Below the pieces are notes generated by a model. It was not told the origin of the DNA. It saw nothing but the letters and a program-made list of their open reading frames with translations, and ran no database searches. Both the position numbers and the translations under genes were made by a program. Positions 46,712 to 57,846 of a stretch of DNA of 64,000 bases are shown here, one piece after another. Numbering within the stretch: the first letter of the stretch is position 1; each line of letters opens with the position of its first letter. The DNA is from Epithemia pelagica (Eukaryota > Protista > Bacillariophyta): contig OX337233.1 of NCBI GenBank assembly GCA_946965045.2, positions 3,596,001 to 3,660,000 on the forward strand, in the 5' to 3' direction.

Positions 46712-46924
46712 TGTTGAAACCTGTAACGAACCGTGCTGTAAAGGCAACAATTCCTATAACAAATTACGTATTCTCCTTAGAATGAGCTCTGTTGTTTGTT
46801 TCGTTGCTCTTCCGTCCACGTCGTTTTACCTCAACCCATTCGTCATCACTTGCAGATGGATCTTCGCCTTGCTCAGTCGCTGTTTTCGTTTGTTCTGCGA
46901 CTCCTCGCGGGACATCCTTCAACA
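46712..46924 (-). repeat. 5' LTR of family B
   Basis: Direct repeat of 40772-40984. Confidence 0.97.
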
Positions 46925-46974
46925 GACACACAAAAAATCGGAGAATCTTTATCAAAATCTTTATGATAGAGACC

Positions 46975-48336
46975 ATGAATCATGTCCGCCAACAAGCCCA
47001 CCGGTCGGGGTTGGTGTTTTCCACGGTTCCTCCAGCGGACGACAACGATGAGGGTCATTCCTCCTCGTCCTCTGTACCCCCACCACAATGGCAAACGGTC
47101 GAGCACTGGCCTCCCCTGCCCCGAGGATCACGGACTGGACACGCATCGGTCGTCATCCATCCTTCCTACCACACCCACCCACCACAAGCAAATCAGCCAC
47201 AACAAGAGGACATGGTGGTTGTCGTGGGTGGCGATGTGTCTAGCACCGAGGGTGGTCCCACCAATTCCATTTTGCGCCTCACCAAGAATAACTCTGACAA
47301 TGCATGGTCGTGGCAACCAGGACCGGCCATGACTCAAAAGCGATTTGCCCATGCCGCCGTCGTGTGTCAGGGCCATGTCTATGCCATTGGAGGAGGCAAT
47401 GGTGATGAGGATGAGGACTATCCGACCCTGGATACCCTGGAACGCATTGCGGTGAACGACATTTTCAGGAGTCATAGCAGCAACGGCCCTTCCGCCCAAG
47501 CAGGCAGTACTAGTACTGGTTGGACCCTCTTGCCCTGTCGCTTGTCCTCGAAAAAATGTGGCTTTGCCGCAGCCGTGGTGCAGGATCGATGGATTGTCGT
47601 GGCGGGGGGATACGATTTGCGAACCTATCTTTCTACGGTCGACATTGTCGATACCCAAGGATCCACGGTCCCCGTCCTGGCCGGGCCACCCCTGAACGAA
47701 GGTCGAGTGTATTTTGGCATGGCCGTGATTGGGTCGTGTGCGTATGCCGTAGGGGGACAGGGGGACGACGAGACGGTGACTTCGGTGGAATATCTGGAAT
47801 TTGACAACGACTGGCGACAAGAACGTCCAGCGACAACGACTGGCTCCCCGCCGTGCCAGTCCTGGACCCTACACCCCACGCTGGTCCTGGAGGATCCTCC
47901 TCGGAGCAACCATGGCGTCGTTCGAGTGGGATCGTGTCTCGTGGTGTTGGGAGGACACGACGAGGAAAACGATGCCGTACGGTCCGTCCAAGTCCTCGAC
48001 ACGCGCAATCCAGAAATACGAGTCTGGGAGCTCCCCGCATTGACACTGAATGATGACGCCTCCAGTGTCGTGGCCCTTTCTACAGGCCTGGTGGCGATTG
48101 GTGGTAGTAGTGGTAGTGGTGATGATGATGAGAATGACGAGGAACCACCACCACTACAAGGAGGCGGGTTTGCCACCCTGCCACTAGTGGATCAACATTC
48201 GGCCTGTTTTGCGCGTCTCCTGGCGTTGAGAACAACGACTTCTTCCTTCGCCGGGCACCCTTTTCCAACACTGCGACAGGCGTGTGTCACTCCCAAAACG
48301 AAACGTCACAAAGGATCGTCCTCGTCGTCGTCGTAA
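46975..48336 (+). CDS. Kelch-repeat protein (453 aa), divergent subfamily
   Basis: MNHVRQQAHRSGLV start; HVYAIGG, WIVVAGG, AYAVGG, CLVVLGG; LPLVDQHSACFARLL. The track ORF start at 46792 lies inside the LTR and was not used. Confidence 0.88.
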   Translation: MNHVRQQAHRSGLVFSTVPPADDNDEGHSSSSSVPPPQWQTVEHWPPLPRGSRTGHASVVIHPSYHTHPPQANQPQQEDMVVVVGGDVSSTEGGPTNSILRLTKNNSDNAWSWQPGPAMTQKRFAHAAVVCQGHVYAIGGGNGDEDEDYPTLDTLERIAVNDIFRSHSSNGPSAQAGSTSTGWTLLPCRLSSKKCGFAAAVVQDRWIVVAGGYDLRTYLSTVDIVDTQGSTVPVLAGPPLNEGRVYFGMAVIGSCAYAVGGQGDDETVTSVEYLEFDNDWRQERPATTTGSPPCQSWTLHPTLVLEDPPRSNHGVVRVGSCLVVLGGHDEENDAVRSVQVLDTRNPEIRVWELPALTLNDDASSVVALSTGLVAIGGSSGSGDDDENDEEPPPLQGGGFATLPLVDQHSACFARLLALRTTTSSFAGHPFPTLRQACVTPKTKRHKGSSSSSS

Positions 48337-48630
48337 TGGGTAAACGTTGGATCGATTCCTCGAGGGAACACTGGAATGTTACCGGGTTTGCTACTAATAC
48401 AAAGGAGCATGGGATGAATGGCATGCAGGATCCGATCCCAATTCCGCGTGTTGTTGGGAATCGAAACACACCCGCTCCTGAAACCTCTCTCCGAATGACG
48501 GAACGAAGGACTGTGGGCTACTAGGGAAACATCCATGACGCCGAGCCGAGGTGTATACAACCTACTACCCAAACGAGCAGCCGGGGTATAAATGCCATGG
48601 ACAACAAAGGACTGGACAACACTCTCTCCC

Positions 48631-48676
48631 GCCTGGACGGATGTAAAAGGATTGCCTGGACGGATGTAAAAGGATT
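48631..48676. repeat. Perfect 23-bp tandem duplication
   Basis: GCCTGGACGGATGTAAAAGGATT x2. Confidence 0.9.
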
Positions 48677-49149
48677 GCTATGCTATGATGATCTGTTCAA
48701 GATTTTGCGTGCAGAATGATCCATCCGTGTCATGACAGGGGATTGCGTCTCATTTTGGCATCGTGTCAAGCCCCCAATCGGCGTGTGCGGACGCAGTTTT
48801 GGGCAATGGAGGATACCGTTGCCAAACTGTTTGGTCGAGACATACGGTTGTCGTCTCCCAGTGTGGGTTTGACAAGGTTTGTGGCGCTGGGGTGGTAACT
48901 GTCTAACTACAGTTGCGAGCTGAAGGTTGTTGGTGTTGTTGTTGTGGGACAAACGAGCATTTATGGCTCGTTGAATCATACAAGTCGAAACGGAGAGAAT
49001 CCTCACGAACGCCGTGGCAATGGAGCTCTCCACGAATAGAAACGAGAACTGGTGCTTTGACCAGAACATACTGTTTCAACTCAAAACAAACGGATCATAC
49101 CAGAATCGTCTGAGAACAATGAATTGTTGGAGACGCGCAGAGTCTCTGC

Positions 49150-49203
49150 GAGTAGAGTAGAGTAGAGTAGAGTAGAGTAGAGTAGAGTAGAGTAGAGTAG
49201 AGT
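49150..49203. repeat. (GAGTA)n pentanucleotide microsatellite, ~11 units
   Basis: Read directly from the sequence. Confidence 0.95.
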
Positions 49204-49701
49204 GTCCCCATTATTTGACTTCCACGAATCTTCAGTTGCAACCAATCGAACGATCATATTGCCCTATAAGCTAAGGCAGGGTACACATTAAAGTCTCCTA
49301 TCTATAATTCTTCTACGGATCGTGGACATCAAACTTCGAAAGACTGCGAAACCGAAAGCACTCCAGTTCCAGTTCTGCTACTCCTACTAGGAGTAGTTAG
49401 TACCATAGCTATATGGTATATACTCGTACTCCCCGATAGAACAGAGTCAAAAGACGAACGCAAAGATTTATGAACAGAAATCTCAGAGCGCCAGAACTTT
49501 CAGTACCTTAGGCCTATACTCCATAGTTGAGATCAAGACTACCTCTATTCGAAAAAATCCAACTCATCAGTCACGGGATTTCCAGTTCAAGAAGCAACTC
49601 CTATTGCGTTCAGCCATTGCGTTCAGCCAACGAACTACGAAGACACAACATCGCCAACTTGTTGTAAACATCTGTCCTCACGTTGCCCTCCAAACCGAAC
49701 A

Positions 49702-50895
49702 ATGGACAACGTCCGCCAACAAGCGCTGTTATCCGGACTGGTCCTTACGGACAGTGTCGACGCCCAAGAAGAACCAAAGTGGCAGGAAACTGAATGGCCT
49801 CCATTTCCTCCAGCTCATTGTATGAACTACGCATCGTTGGTTGTGAATCATCCAGCCAAAGAACAGACTGTGGTTGTATTTGGAGCATCGTTGACTATCA
49901 TTCCTGCGACAGCTGCAGCTCCAATCAGTATCACTGCAAAAAGTTCAACTCTTCTTTTGAATATTGATCACGGGAATAAGGTATGGCGCGAAGGACCGAC
50001 GATGAACCAACATCGATTGTTTGCTGCAGTCGTGGTATGTAATCACGCGCTGTATGCCATTGGCGGAATACCGACCATTCCATCCAACGATTCAGCACCC
50101 TTGGATACAATTGAAAGGATTAGTGTTCAAGATTTCCTCTGTCCATCAGGCGCGGTCAATCATGAGAAAAAATGGACGACGTTGAATTGTCGTTTGTCGA
50201 GCGAAAGAGTTGGGTGCGCTGCTGCGGTTGTTCGTGAAAGATTCATTGTTGTCGCTGGTGGATGTCCTCTGCCATCCGTGGATATTCTGGACACATCATC
50301 GGAAAGTCAATGTATCATCTTATCAGGGCCACCACTGAATGGGGCTCGGACTGCCTTTGGCATGGCTGTGTTGGGTCAAACGGTTTATGTGGTAGGCGGA
50401 AGGGGAAAAGAGTCAGAAAGGCCCCTTGGTTCTGTCGAGTACCTCGAATTTGATGATTGGCTGAAAGAGGGTCCCCAAAGCGGACAGTATCTGTCCGCAG
50501 AAACTAATTCCTGGAAAGTGCACAAGGATCTCGTTCTTGGCACTCCTCGATGTAACCATGGTGTGGTCAAACTTGGATCTTGCTTGATTGTCGTTGGAGG
50601 GGACAAAACAGGAGTGATTCACCTTCTTGGAGATCCCAATCCTGAAGAATCGGAAGAAATTCGTCGTTCGGTAGAGGTCCTGGACACGCAACGCAACCTT
50701 GTGTGGAAGCTACCAGACAAGAAAAGCTTTCACAATGTGGTTGCCCTGCTTTCAACTGGCATTACAATCATTCCAGATCCGCTCTATCCACAAGTCAGTG
50801 GAACACTTTCTCTTGTGGACAAGAACTCTGCATGCTTTGCTCGGTTGATGACTCACGGGATTAAGGCCTTAACCAAACCCCAATCCCATGTATAG
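49702..50895 (+). CDS. Kelch-repeat protein (397 aa)
   Basis: MDNVRQQALLSGLV ... LSLVDKNSACFARLM; Kelch GG repeats. Confidence 0.9.
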   Translation: MDNVRQQALLSGLVLTDSVDAQEEPKWQETEWPPFPPAHCMNYASLVVNHPAKEQTVVVFGASLTIIPATAAAPISITAKSSTLLLNIDHGNKVWREGPTMNQHRLFAAVVVCNHALYAIGGIPTIPSNDSAPLDTIERISVQDFLCPSGAVNHEKKWTTLNCRLSSERVGCAAAVVRERFIVVAGGCPLPSVDILDTSSESQCIILSGPPLNGARTAFGMAVLGQTVYVVGGRGKESERPLGSVEYLEFDDWLKEGPQSGQYLSAETNSWKVHKDLVLGTPRCNHGVVKLGSCLIVVGGDKTGVIHLLGDPNPEESEEIRRSVEVLDTQRNLVWKLPDKKSFHNVVALLSTGITIIPDPLYPQVSGTLSLVDKNSACFARLMTHGIKALTKPQSHV

Positions 50896-52357
50896 TTTTG
50901 GGAAGTATTTTTGTACTTGGCGGTTCCACTCCATGAATAATTCATTTTCGTTTTGGACAAGGGCTCTCTCCATGGTATGCTGGTTGGATGGCAAAAGTCC
51001 CAGTACGAACAGATCATTACGAAACGGAAAGCAGCAGCATGGACGCAAGTTTAGTATCGAAGAACTCAATAATGATGCGTCTTGTTTGATCTGTATCCGT
51101 ACGTAGTATTCACAGTGGCTTTGGAACAGAGGCACACAGTGTGGTGGCGCGATGCAAATCATGGATAAAAGAGTTATAATGACCTCCAGGTCAAGCCGTA
51201 GAATACCAGAAACGAACAGTTCTGTCGTTCCTAGTTGGACTGTTTGTGTGAGAGTCAAAATATCGGACTCCACAAAGCATCGCTTGCGTTCTAAATCATG
51301 GCTTAATTTCAAAACAGCTTGTCACGACAAGCTCATTTCGTTTGGTTGTATACTCTTGCTCCAACATCCACAAGGGTGAGCAGCACCTTCTTGTCAGTGT
51401 CCACAATGTCTGATGCAAAAGAGAGGCTTGTTATGTAGAAATCGATGGTCCATTTCCAAAGTTCCAGTGAATGGTCCTTTTTGTCGAACCAACAATGTAA
51501 AGCAGTCTTTGTGTGTGTGTTCGTGTGAGTCGATGTCTGTGAATGGCTATACCAACACACATTCTGTTCTACTTACGCCACTGGACTACGTAGAATGGAG
51601 ACCAGAAATAAAACTAGTACCCCTTGCCTTTTTCTCACTCTTTTGTTTGGACAATTGGTCCAAAAGGTCCGCAGTGAAGACAAACCGCAGCAGCAGGATG
51701 GCCATGATGAGATAGAACCAATGACGGAATCACGGTCAGAACATGAGGCGGTTCGGAAGAACCGTAATCCTCCACAATCTCTGGAGAGACTTGATTTCTC
51801 GCGGTTCCGAAAAATGCTGGCCAATGCATAGTTTGGCAAGTCGATACAATTCTTGTTTCACCGCCTCTACGCTGTCGGTACGGTATCACGAAGCAAAAGG
51901 GCGTCAGCCCAGATCAAGTGTCACGAGAATGGGAAATTGATCCTTGTGTCGACGACACTTTTGCAACACCTCGTGAAAACGCTCAACCTCCTTGTCTTTG
52001 GCTTTCTCTGTTGCCTTCTCGGTTGATTGAACATTGGAAAGGCATGACGTGGCTTCACTTGAAGGCACGATCGTAGCACCTGGAATTACACGCAAGAGTC
52101 ACCGATGCATGGTTTCGAACTCCTAGGTACTTGTCCCCAAAGGCAAAAGTCCTCCGACAAAGAATCCGGGAATTCTTGAAGATTGGCCGTAAACTCTACC
52201 TCTTTGTGCCCCTTTCGTGTGCCAAGGTGTCTAAACTCAATGGTCAAGTCCTTGCCAACCTTGTACACAACTCTTTGAGTTTCACCATGGTGAATAGATG
52301 GGAGATGTCGAGAGACGTCGGACCCGATGTTTTGGAAAACCGTTCCTTGTTGGTGGT

Positions 52358-53731
52358 TTAGTCATACAAGGGTCCCAGCACATAGCGAGGATCGAAATAG
52401 GTCCACAAGGCTCGACTGCGTTGCGATCGAGTCACGACACCGGGCAGGTCATGCGGTACTGTCGGTTCCTCCAAACTGGTTTGGACATGGACATGGGGAA
52501 TCGTCCATCCACCATTGTCCCAAAAGGCACCCATGTGTCCAATCACGTGTCCCTGTTCCACCCAGGTACCATCCGGAGTTGGTGGCGGCATTGTCGTGGA
52601 CGACGAAGGTGCTGCTAAATGGCCATATAACACAAAAAAGGTGCGATTGACAAAGTGAGGATTGTCTTTTCGTTTCGCTTGGACCAAGGCCGGGGGCAAG
52701 ACATGTTCGACGACAATCACATGGCCGTAATCGCCCCAGGTAGGATTGTAACCACTGGAATGAATGCGACCGGGAGCAATGGCATGCACGGGCGTCCCCA
52801 CCGGTCCATCAATGTCCACTCCCACATGAATGGTCCGTCGTTCGTCCTCGTCTTGTGATGGTTGGTCTTCCTCTTTTGTCTCAGAGTTTGCTGTGGTTGT
52901 CGTCACATAAAACAAGTCACCTTGATACATGTGGTCTCGATGTTCATCGTATCGTCCAATGCCATAGGTCCATTGCAAGGGATCGTCGCCTCCTCGAAAA
53001 ATAGGGGTTCCCTGGTTGGTAAACAAACTGTTCAACCATGCATGTCGTTGTTGTTGTTGTTCTTGAGTAGTGATGCCAGTCGATTCCACGATGGCGTCCT
53101 CTCCATCGACCAATTGTTGAGGATGCTGCGGTTGTTCGTTATTTTGTTCCTTTCGTTCTTGTTGTTTTTCCTTTCGTCGCAAAGCTTGCGCCGCCTCGAC
53201 AAAGTCTTGCGGCAAGAGTTCGGGAATGAGGTCGTCCGGTGTATGATTGCCATGATTGACAATGCGCGGACTGACTTGTGGGGGAAACTGCACCACGGGT
53301 GCAAAATACCGCTGCGCATCATCCCTATTCAAGTGCAGTGGATTGGGATACGAGCCAAAGGGTGCACAATAGTCCTTGGGGATCCAATAATAAGAATTGT
53401 GCTCGTGGATGGAGTCTTGTTGTTGTGATTTTGGAAGGGGAACTGCTCGATGGGTGGCATTTTCTAGTCCACCACCGTCAACCGTTGAGGAGGAGGAGGA
53501 AGATGCCATGGGTCGGCTGGTCCAGGACGAGGACGGCACTGCCGTAACAAAGTTGAGTCGAACGTAATGGAAGTTTGCCCATGGTGGTGGTTGCGACACG
53601 AACAAAAAGGAGGTGAGACCATGGAACCCAAACGACAAGGCTGTGACGGTCCACACCACTAGGATCCGTCCAACAATACTTCCACTACTAGCAGCAACAC
53701 ATAGACAAGGAACGGAACGACCACACACCAT
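52358..53731 (-). CDS. Peptidase family M23 (LytM-like) metallopeptidase with N-terminal hydrophobic leader
   Basis: Zn motifs HxxxD (HVGVD) and HxH (HVH), plus GTPVHAI, YGHVIVVEH, LYGHL and GHVIGHMG; GIGRYDEHR upstream; intronless; likely start MVCGRSVP at 53731. Confidence 0.88.
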   Translation of the reverse strand: MVCGRSVPCLCVAASSGSIVGRILVVWTVTALSFGFHGLTSFLFVSQPPPWANFHYVRLNFVTAVPSSSWTSRPMASSSSSSTVDGGGLENATHRAVPLPKSQQQDSIHEHNSYYWIPKDYCAPFGSYPNPLHLNRDDAQRYFAPVVQFPPQVSPRIVNHGNHTPDDLIPELLPQDFVEAAQALRRKEKQQERKEQNNEQPQHPQQLVDGEDAIVESTGITTQEQQQQRHAWLNSLFTNQGTPIFRGGDDPLQWTYGIGRYDEHRDHMYQGDLFYVTTTTANSETKEEDQPSQDEDERRTIHVGVDIDGPVGTPVHAIAPGRIHSSGYNPTWGDYGHVIVVEHVLPPALVQAKRKDNPHFVNRTFFVLYGHLAAPSSSTTMPPPTPDGTWVEQGHVIGHMGAFWDNGGWTIPHVHVQTSLEEPTVPHDLPGVVTRSQRSRALWTYFDPRYVLGPLYD

Positions 53732-54049
53732 GGTGAAGGAGCTTGAAAATCTTTGTTGGGCGTCGAAAAAGATATCAACTTTTTGGTCGCATTTTTTAGA
53801 TCCATGATGGAGGCCTGAGCACATAGCCAGGATAGCTACAAACTACTTGCACTACCAGCACCAGCACATGGACCATGAACGGAACCAGCACACACCATGG
53901 TGGAGAGCTTGAAATCTTTAAAAAAAAGGGATTTCCGCAGCCACAAATAGTCGACAACGCAATACACAACGTCTGGAGGTGAAAGGGGAAACACAATGAA
54001 CGTGTCCAAGAGCGCATTTCGGAATCCGAACTAATAGGTTTAAGGACCA

Positions 54050-54761
54050 GTGGCTCCAGTCCAGAAGAATGGCTTCCAGCGCGCATCGGTTGTTGTGAAT
54101 GATTCACACACCCAACAGCAGACTGTCGTCGTATTGGGAGGATATAGGAATAGTTCCTCTGTGAGATCAGAGGAACTAGTATTATATCCACACATTACGA
54201 CGACACTCGCTGTCCCTGTGTTTTCGGGTGTGGATCCGTCACAACAGTTGTCAACAGTGACAGGGATCCTACCAACACTTGACGTTGCATCGGTTGTTGT
54301 GAATGATCCACACACCAAACAGCAGACTGTCGTCGTATTTGGAGGATATAAGAATAGTTCCACTGTGAGATCAGAGGAACTATATATTCCTATATCCTCC
54401 CAATACGTAGACACTCTGTCCCTGTTTTCGGGTGCGGATGATTCACAACAACCAATATGCGTTCCGGACTTTTGGAATAATGACAGGGATGCTAAGACCT
54501 GACGAGACAGGCCAGCCATGGACGAAGCACGAGTACAGTCTGCAGCCGTGGTATATGAAAGACTATCTTTCCGCCCTGAATGGTTTCCCAATGATACGAA
54601 TTGGATGGAACGAATTGGCGTTGGGGATTTGCTTTTTGTTTATCAGTTGCGGGCATTCGAAGCAAATAATGAACGGTACGGGGGATTGTGGCGGTTTGTT
54701 GAGCAGTAGATGCAAGTGCGCCGCTGCCATTGTACATGACAGAGATATAGAGCTTTCGTGA
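54050..54761 (+). pseudogene. Fragmented Kelch gene with a duplicated first blade
   Basis: ASVVVND.HT.QQTVVV.GGY.NSS.VRSEEL occurs twice; downstream relics (PAMDEARVQSAAVV, SRCKCAAAIVHDR) are out of frame. Confidence 0.65.
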
Positions 54762-55576
54762 TGAGACCGGTGAAACAAAAACTCTCAAGTTGCTGGTTGA
54801 ATGGTGACGGATTTTGCTAGGTGGACAACGAACCACAGCAACCAACAACAGGCCGACGAAACGAGACTATCCCCTTACTATACACGCTCAGTCTGATTGG
54901 TGAATTGGTCGCTCTCCACAAGATTTGTCGGTTTCACGTCCACCGCAATCAAGCACCTACAGCAGCAACACTGGTTGTAGTAGTATCATGTTGATGGATG
55001 TGTGACATGCCTATGAAGTCGGACCGAATCCTTGAGGATTTATTCGATTGGAGTCTCGCAGCAACAACGAGCCGTGGTTGAATAGAACTTTCTCCACGTT
55101 TGTTACATACGGAACGAAATTTAGTGGCGAAGACTTGGCTGGTAATAGTTGAAGTCTCGTATCTATCATTCTACTGTGGACCGTGGACATGACACGGCAA
55201 AAGTGTAGGAGTAAGTAACGAATATGCTCCTCCATGGCTAGCGTACATCGCATTCAGAATGTCCAGACCGTTCCGTTGAAGGCCCACGCAGCGAAACTCA
55301 CTATAAGCCTGCAACAAAACAACAAAACGGAGTGTTTTGGACAAGACTACTCCTAAAAAATCGAAGTCGCAGTCACGTTATATTTCTAGCGAAGCTCAGA
55401 ACAGAAGAAAAAGCAACTCATATTGTCTTCCGCCTACCAGGACATCACACCGCCAACTTGTTTCAAACAGCTGAATCACCTTGCCTCAAGTTGCTTTCCA
55501 AAACGTTTAGTCCGCTCTTTTATCTCCACAAAACCACATTTCTACAAACTCGCAACGACAGGGAGCCAAACATAAC

Positions 55577-56721
55577 ATGCACAACGTCCGCCAACAAGCG
55601 CTGTCATCCGGACTGGTCTTTATGGACAGTGCCGACGCCCAAGAAGAACCAAAGTGGCAGGAAACTGAATGGCCTCCTTTTCCTCCAGATCGGATTTTCA
55701 ACTACGCATCGTTGGTTGTGAATCATCCAGCCAAAAACAGACTGTGGTTGTATTTGGGGCATCGTTGATAAGCATCACTCCAACAGCTGCAGCTCCATTA
55801 GGTATTACTCCAACAAGTTCAACAATTCTTTTGAACATTGATGACGAGAATAAAGCATGGAGCGAAGGACCGACGATGAACCAACATCGATTGTTCGCTG
55901 CAGTCGTGGTATGTAATCACGCGCTGTATGCCATTGGCGGAGTAACGAACATTTCCAACAACGATTCAAAAACCTTGGATACAATTGAAAGGATTAGTGT
56001 TGAAGATTTCCTCTGTCCATCAGGCGCGGTAAATCATGAGAAAAAATGGACGACGTTGGATTGCCGTTTGTCGAGCCCAAGAACTTGCACCGCTGCGGTT
56101 GTTGGTGAAAGATTCATTGTTGTCGTTGGTGTAGATTCTCTGTCATCAGTGGAGATTCTGGACACATCATGTGGAAGCCAATGTATTGTCCTATCCGGGC
56201 CACCATTGAATTTTGATCGATTTAACTTTGGTATGGCTGTGTTGGGCCAAACGGTTTATGTGGTAGGCGGAAAGGCGGAAGAACATGACCTTGGTTCTGT
56301 GGAATACCTCGAATTTGATGACTGGCTGAAAGAAGGTCCCCAAAGTGGACAATCTCTGTCCACATATACTAATTCCTGGAAAGTGCACAAGGATCTCGTT
56401 CTTGCCACTCCTCGAAGTAACTATTCTGTGGTTGCACTTGGATCTTGCTTGATTGTCGTTGGAGGGGACGAGTATGAAGGAGCGGATGAAGTTCGTTCGG
56501 TAGAAGTCCTGGACACGCACCGCAACCTGGTATGTAAGCTACCAGACAAGAAAAGCTTCCGGAATGCGGTTGCCCTTTCAACTGGCATTGCAGTCATTTC
56601 AGATCCGAACTTTCCACGATTCAGTGGAACACTGTCCGTTGTGGACAAGAACTCTGCATGTTTTGCTCGTTTGATGACTCTCAGTGGCAAGGTTTCAATC
56701 AAACCCCAATCCCATGTATAG
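55577..56721 (+). pseudogene. Kelch gene with a 1-bp frameshift near 55735
   Basis: GCCAAAAACAG here vs GCCAAAGAACAG in the 49702 paralog; otherwise a complete reading frame. Could be a sequencing error. Confidence 0.75.
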
Positions 56722-57260
56722 GTATGGGAAATATGTTCGCGCTTGGCGGTTTCCTACCCATGAATACTTCAGTTTCATTTTGGACAAGGGTTCTCCATGA
56801 TATGCTGGTTGAACGGTCCCAGTATGAACAGATTATTTCGAAACGGAAAGCAGCAGGAGGGACGCAAGTTCAGTATAGAAGAACTAAATAATACTGCGTC
56901 TTGTATGATCTGTATCCATACGTAGTATTCACAGTGGCTTTGAAACAGAGTCACACAGTGTGGTGGCGCGATGCAAATCATGGATCAAAGAGTTTCAATG
57001 GTCAAGCTCCTTGTCTTTTGCTTTCTCTGTTGCCTTCTCTTGGTTGATTGATCATTGGGAAGGCATGCCGTCGCACCACTTGAAGGCACGATCGTAGCAC
57101 CTGGAATTACACGCAAGAGTCACCGATGCATGGTTTCGAACTCCTAGGTACTTGGCCCCAAAGGCAAAAGTCCTCCGACAAGGAATCCAGGAATTCTTGG
57201 AGATTGGCCGTAAACTCTACCATCTTTGTCCCCCCCTTTCGTGTGCCAAGGTGTCTCAAC

Positions 57261-57545
57261 TCAATTGTCAAGTCCTTGCCAACCTTGTACACAACTCATG
57301 GGACGATTGGTCCAGGACGACGACGACAATGGCACTGCCGCCGCAACACTGAGAACTGTGGGATGATGATGGTAATAGGTTGTCCATGTCCATGGTGGTA
57401 GTTGCGACACGAACAAAAGAGCGGTGAAACCATGGGGCCCAACCAACAAGGCAGTGACGGTCCACACCATGAGGATGCGCCCAACATTACTTGCACTACT
57501 AGCACCAGCAGCACAGAGACAAGGAACGGAACCACCACAAACCAT
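57261..57545 (-). pseudogene. Truncated duplicate of the M23 peptidase gene (leader only)
   Basis: MVCGGSVPCLCAAGASS... matches the 53731 N-terminus; a deletion removes the catalytic domain. Confidence 0.8.
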
Positions 57546-57699
57546 GGTGGGGGAGCTTGAAATCTTTGTGTTGGGCGTGGAAAAAGATATCGACTTTTTG
57601 GTCGCAGTTTTGAGATCCATGTAGGATTGAGGCCTGAGCACATAGCCAGGGTAGCTACCTCCTCATACTCATAGTAGCGTCGGAATCGTCAAGTCTCTA

Positions 57700-57846
57700 T
57701 GGAATCTTTGGATTGCAGTCATTCCATATCCGAACTTTCCACAATTCAGTGGAACACTGTCCGTTGTGGACAAGAACTCTGCATGTTTTGCTCGGTTGAT
57801 GACTCTCGGTGGCAAGGCTTCAATCAAACCCCAGTCCAATGTATAG
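57700..57846 (+). pseudogene. Isolated 3' end of a third Kelch unit
   Basis: GTLSVVDKNSACFARLMTLGGKASIKPQSNV*, followed by the same downstream spacer as the other units. Confidence 0.75.

Larger units (their letters stand above)
40772..46924 (-). mobile_element. Ty1/Copia LTR retrotransposon, family B; full length (6153 bp), coding-defective
   Basis: 213-bp LTRs (40772-40984, 46712-46924), identical by eye, with TGTTG...CAACA ends. Target-site duplication GACAC at 40767-40771 and 46925-46929. Purine tract GAAGGAG before the 3' LTR. Confidence 0.97.

Noticed and set aside
46792-46974. N-terminal extension of the Kelch ORF
   Set aside because: An accidental open frame through the antisense LTR; the family start motif begins at 46975.
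49150-49203. Regular repeat as a possible CRISPR-like array
   Set aside because: A pure pentanucleotide microsatellite with no spacers, in a eukaryotic context.
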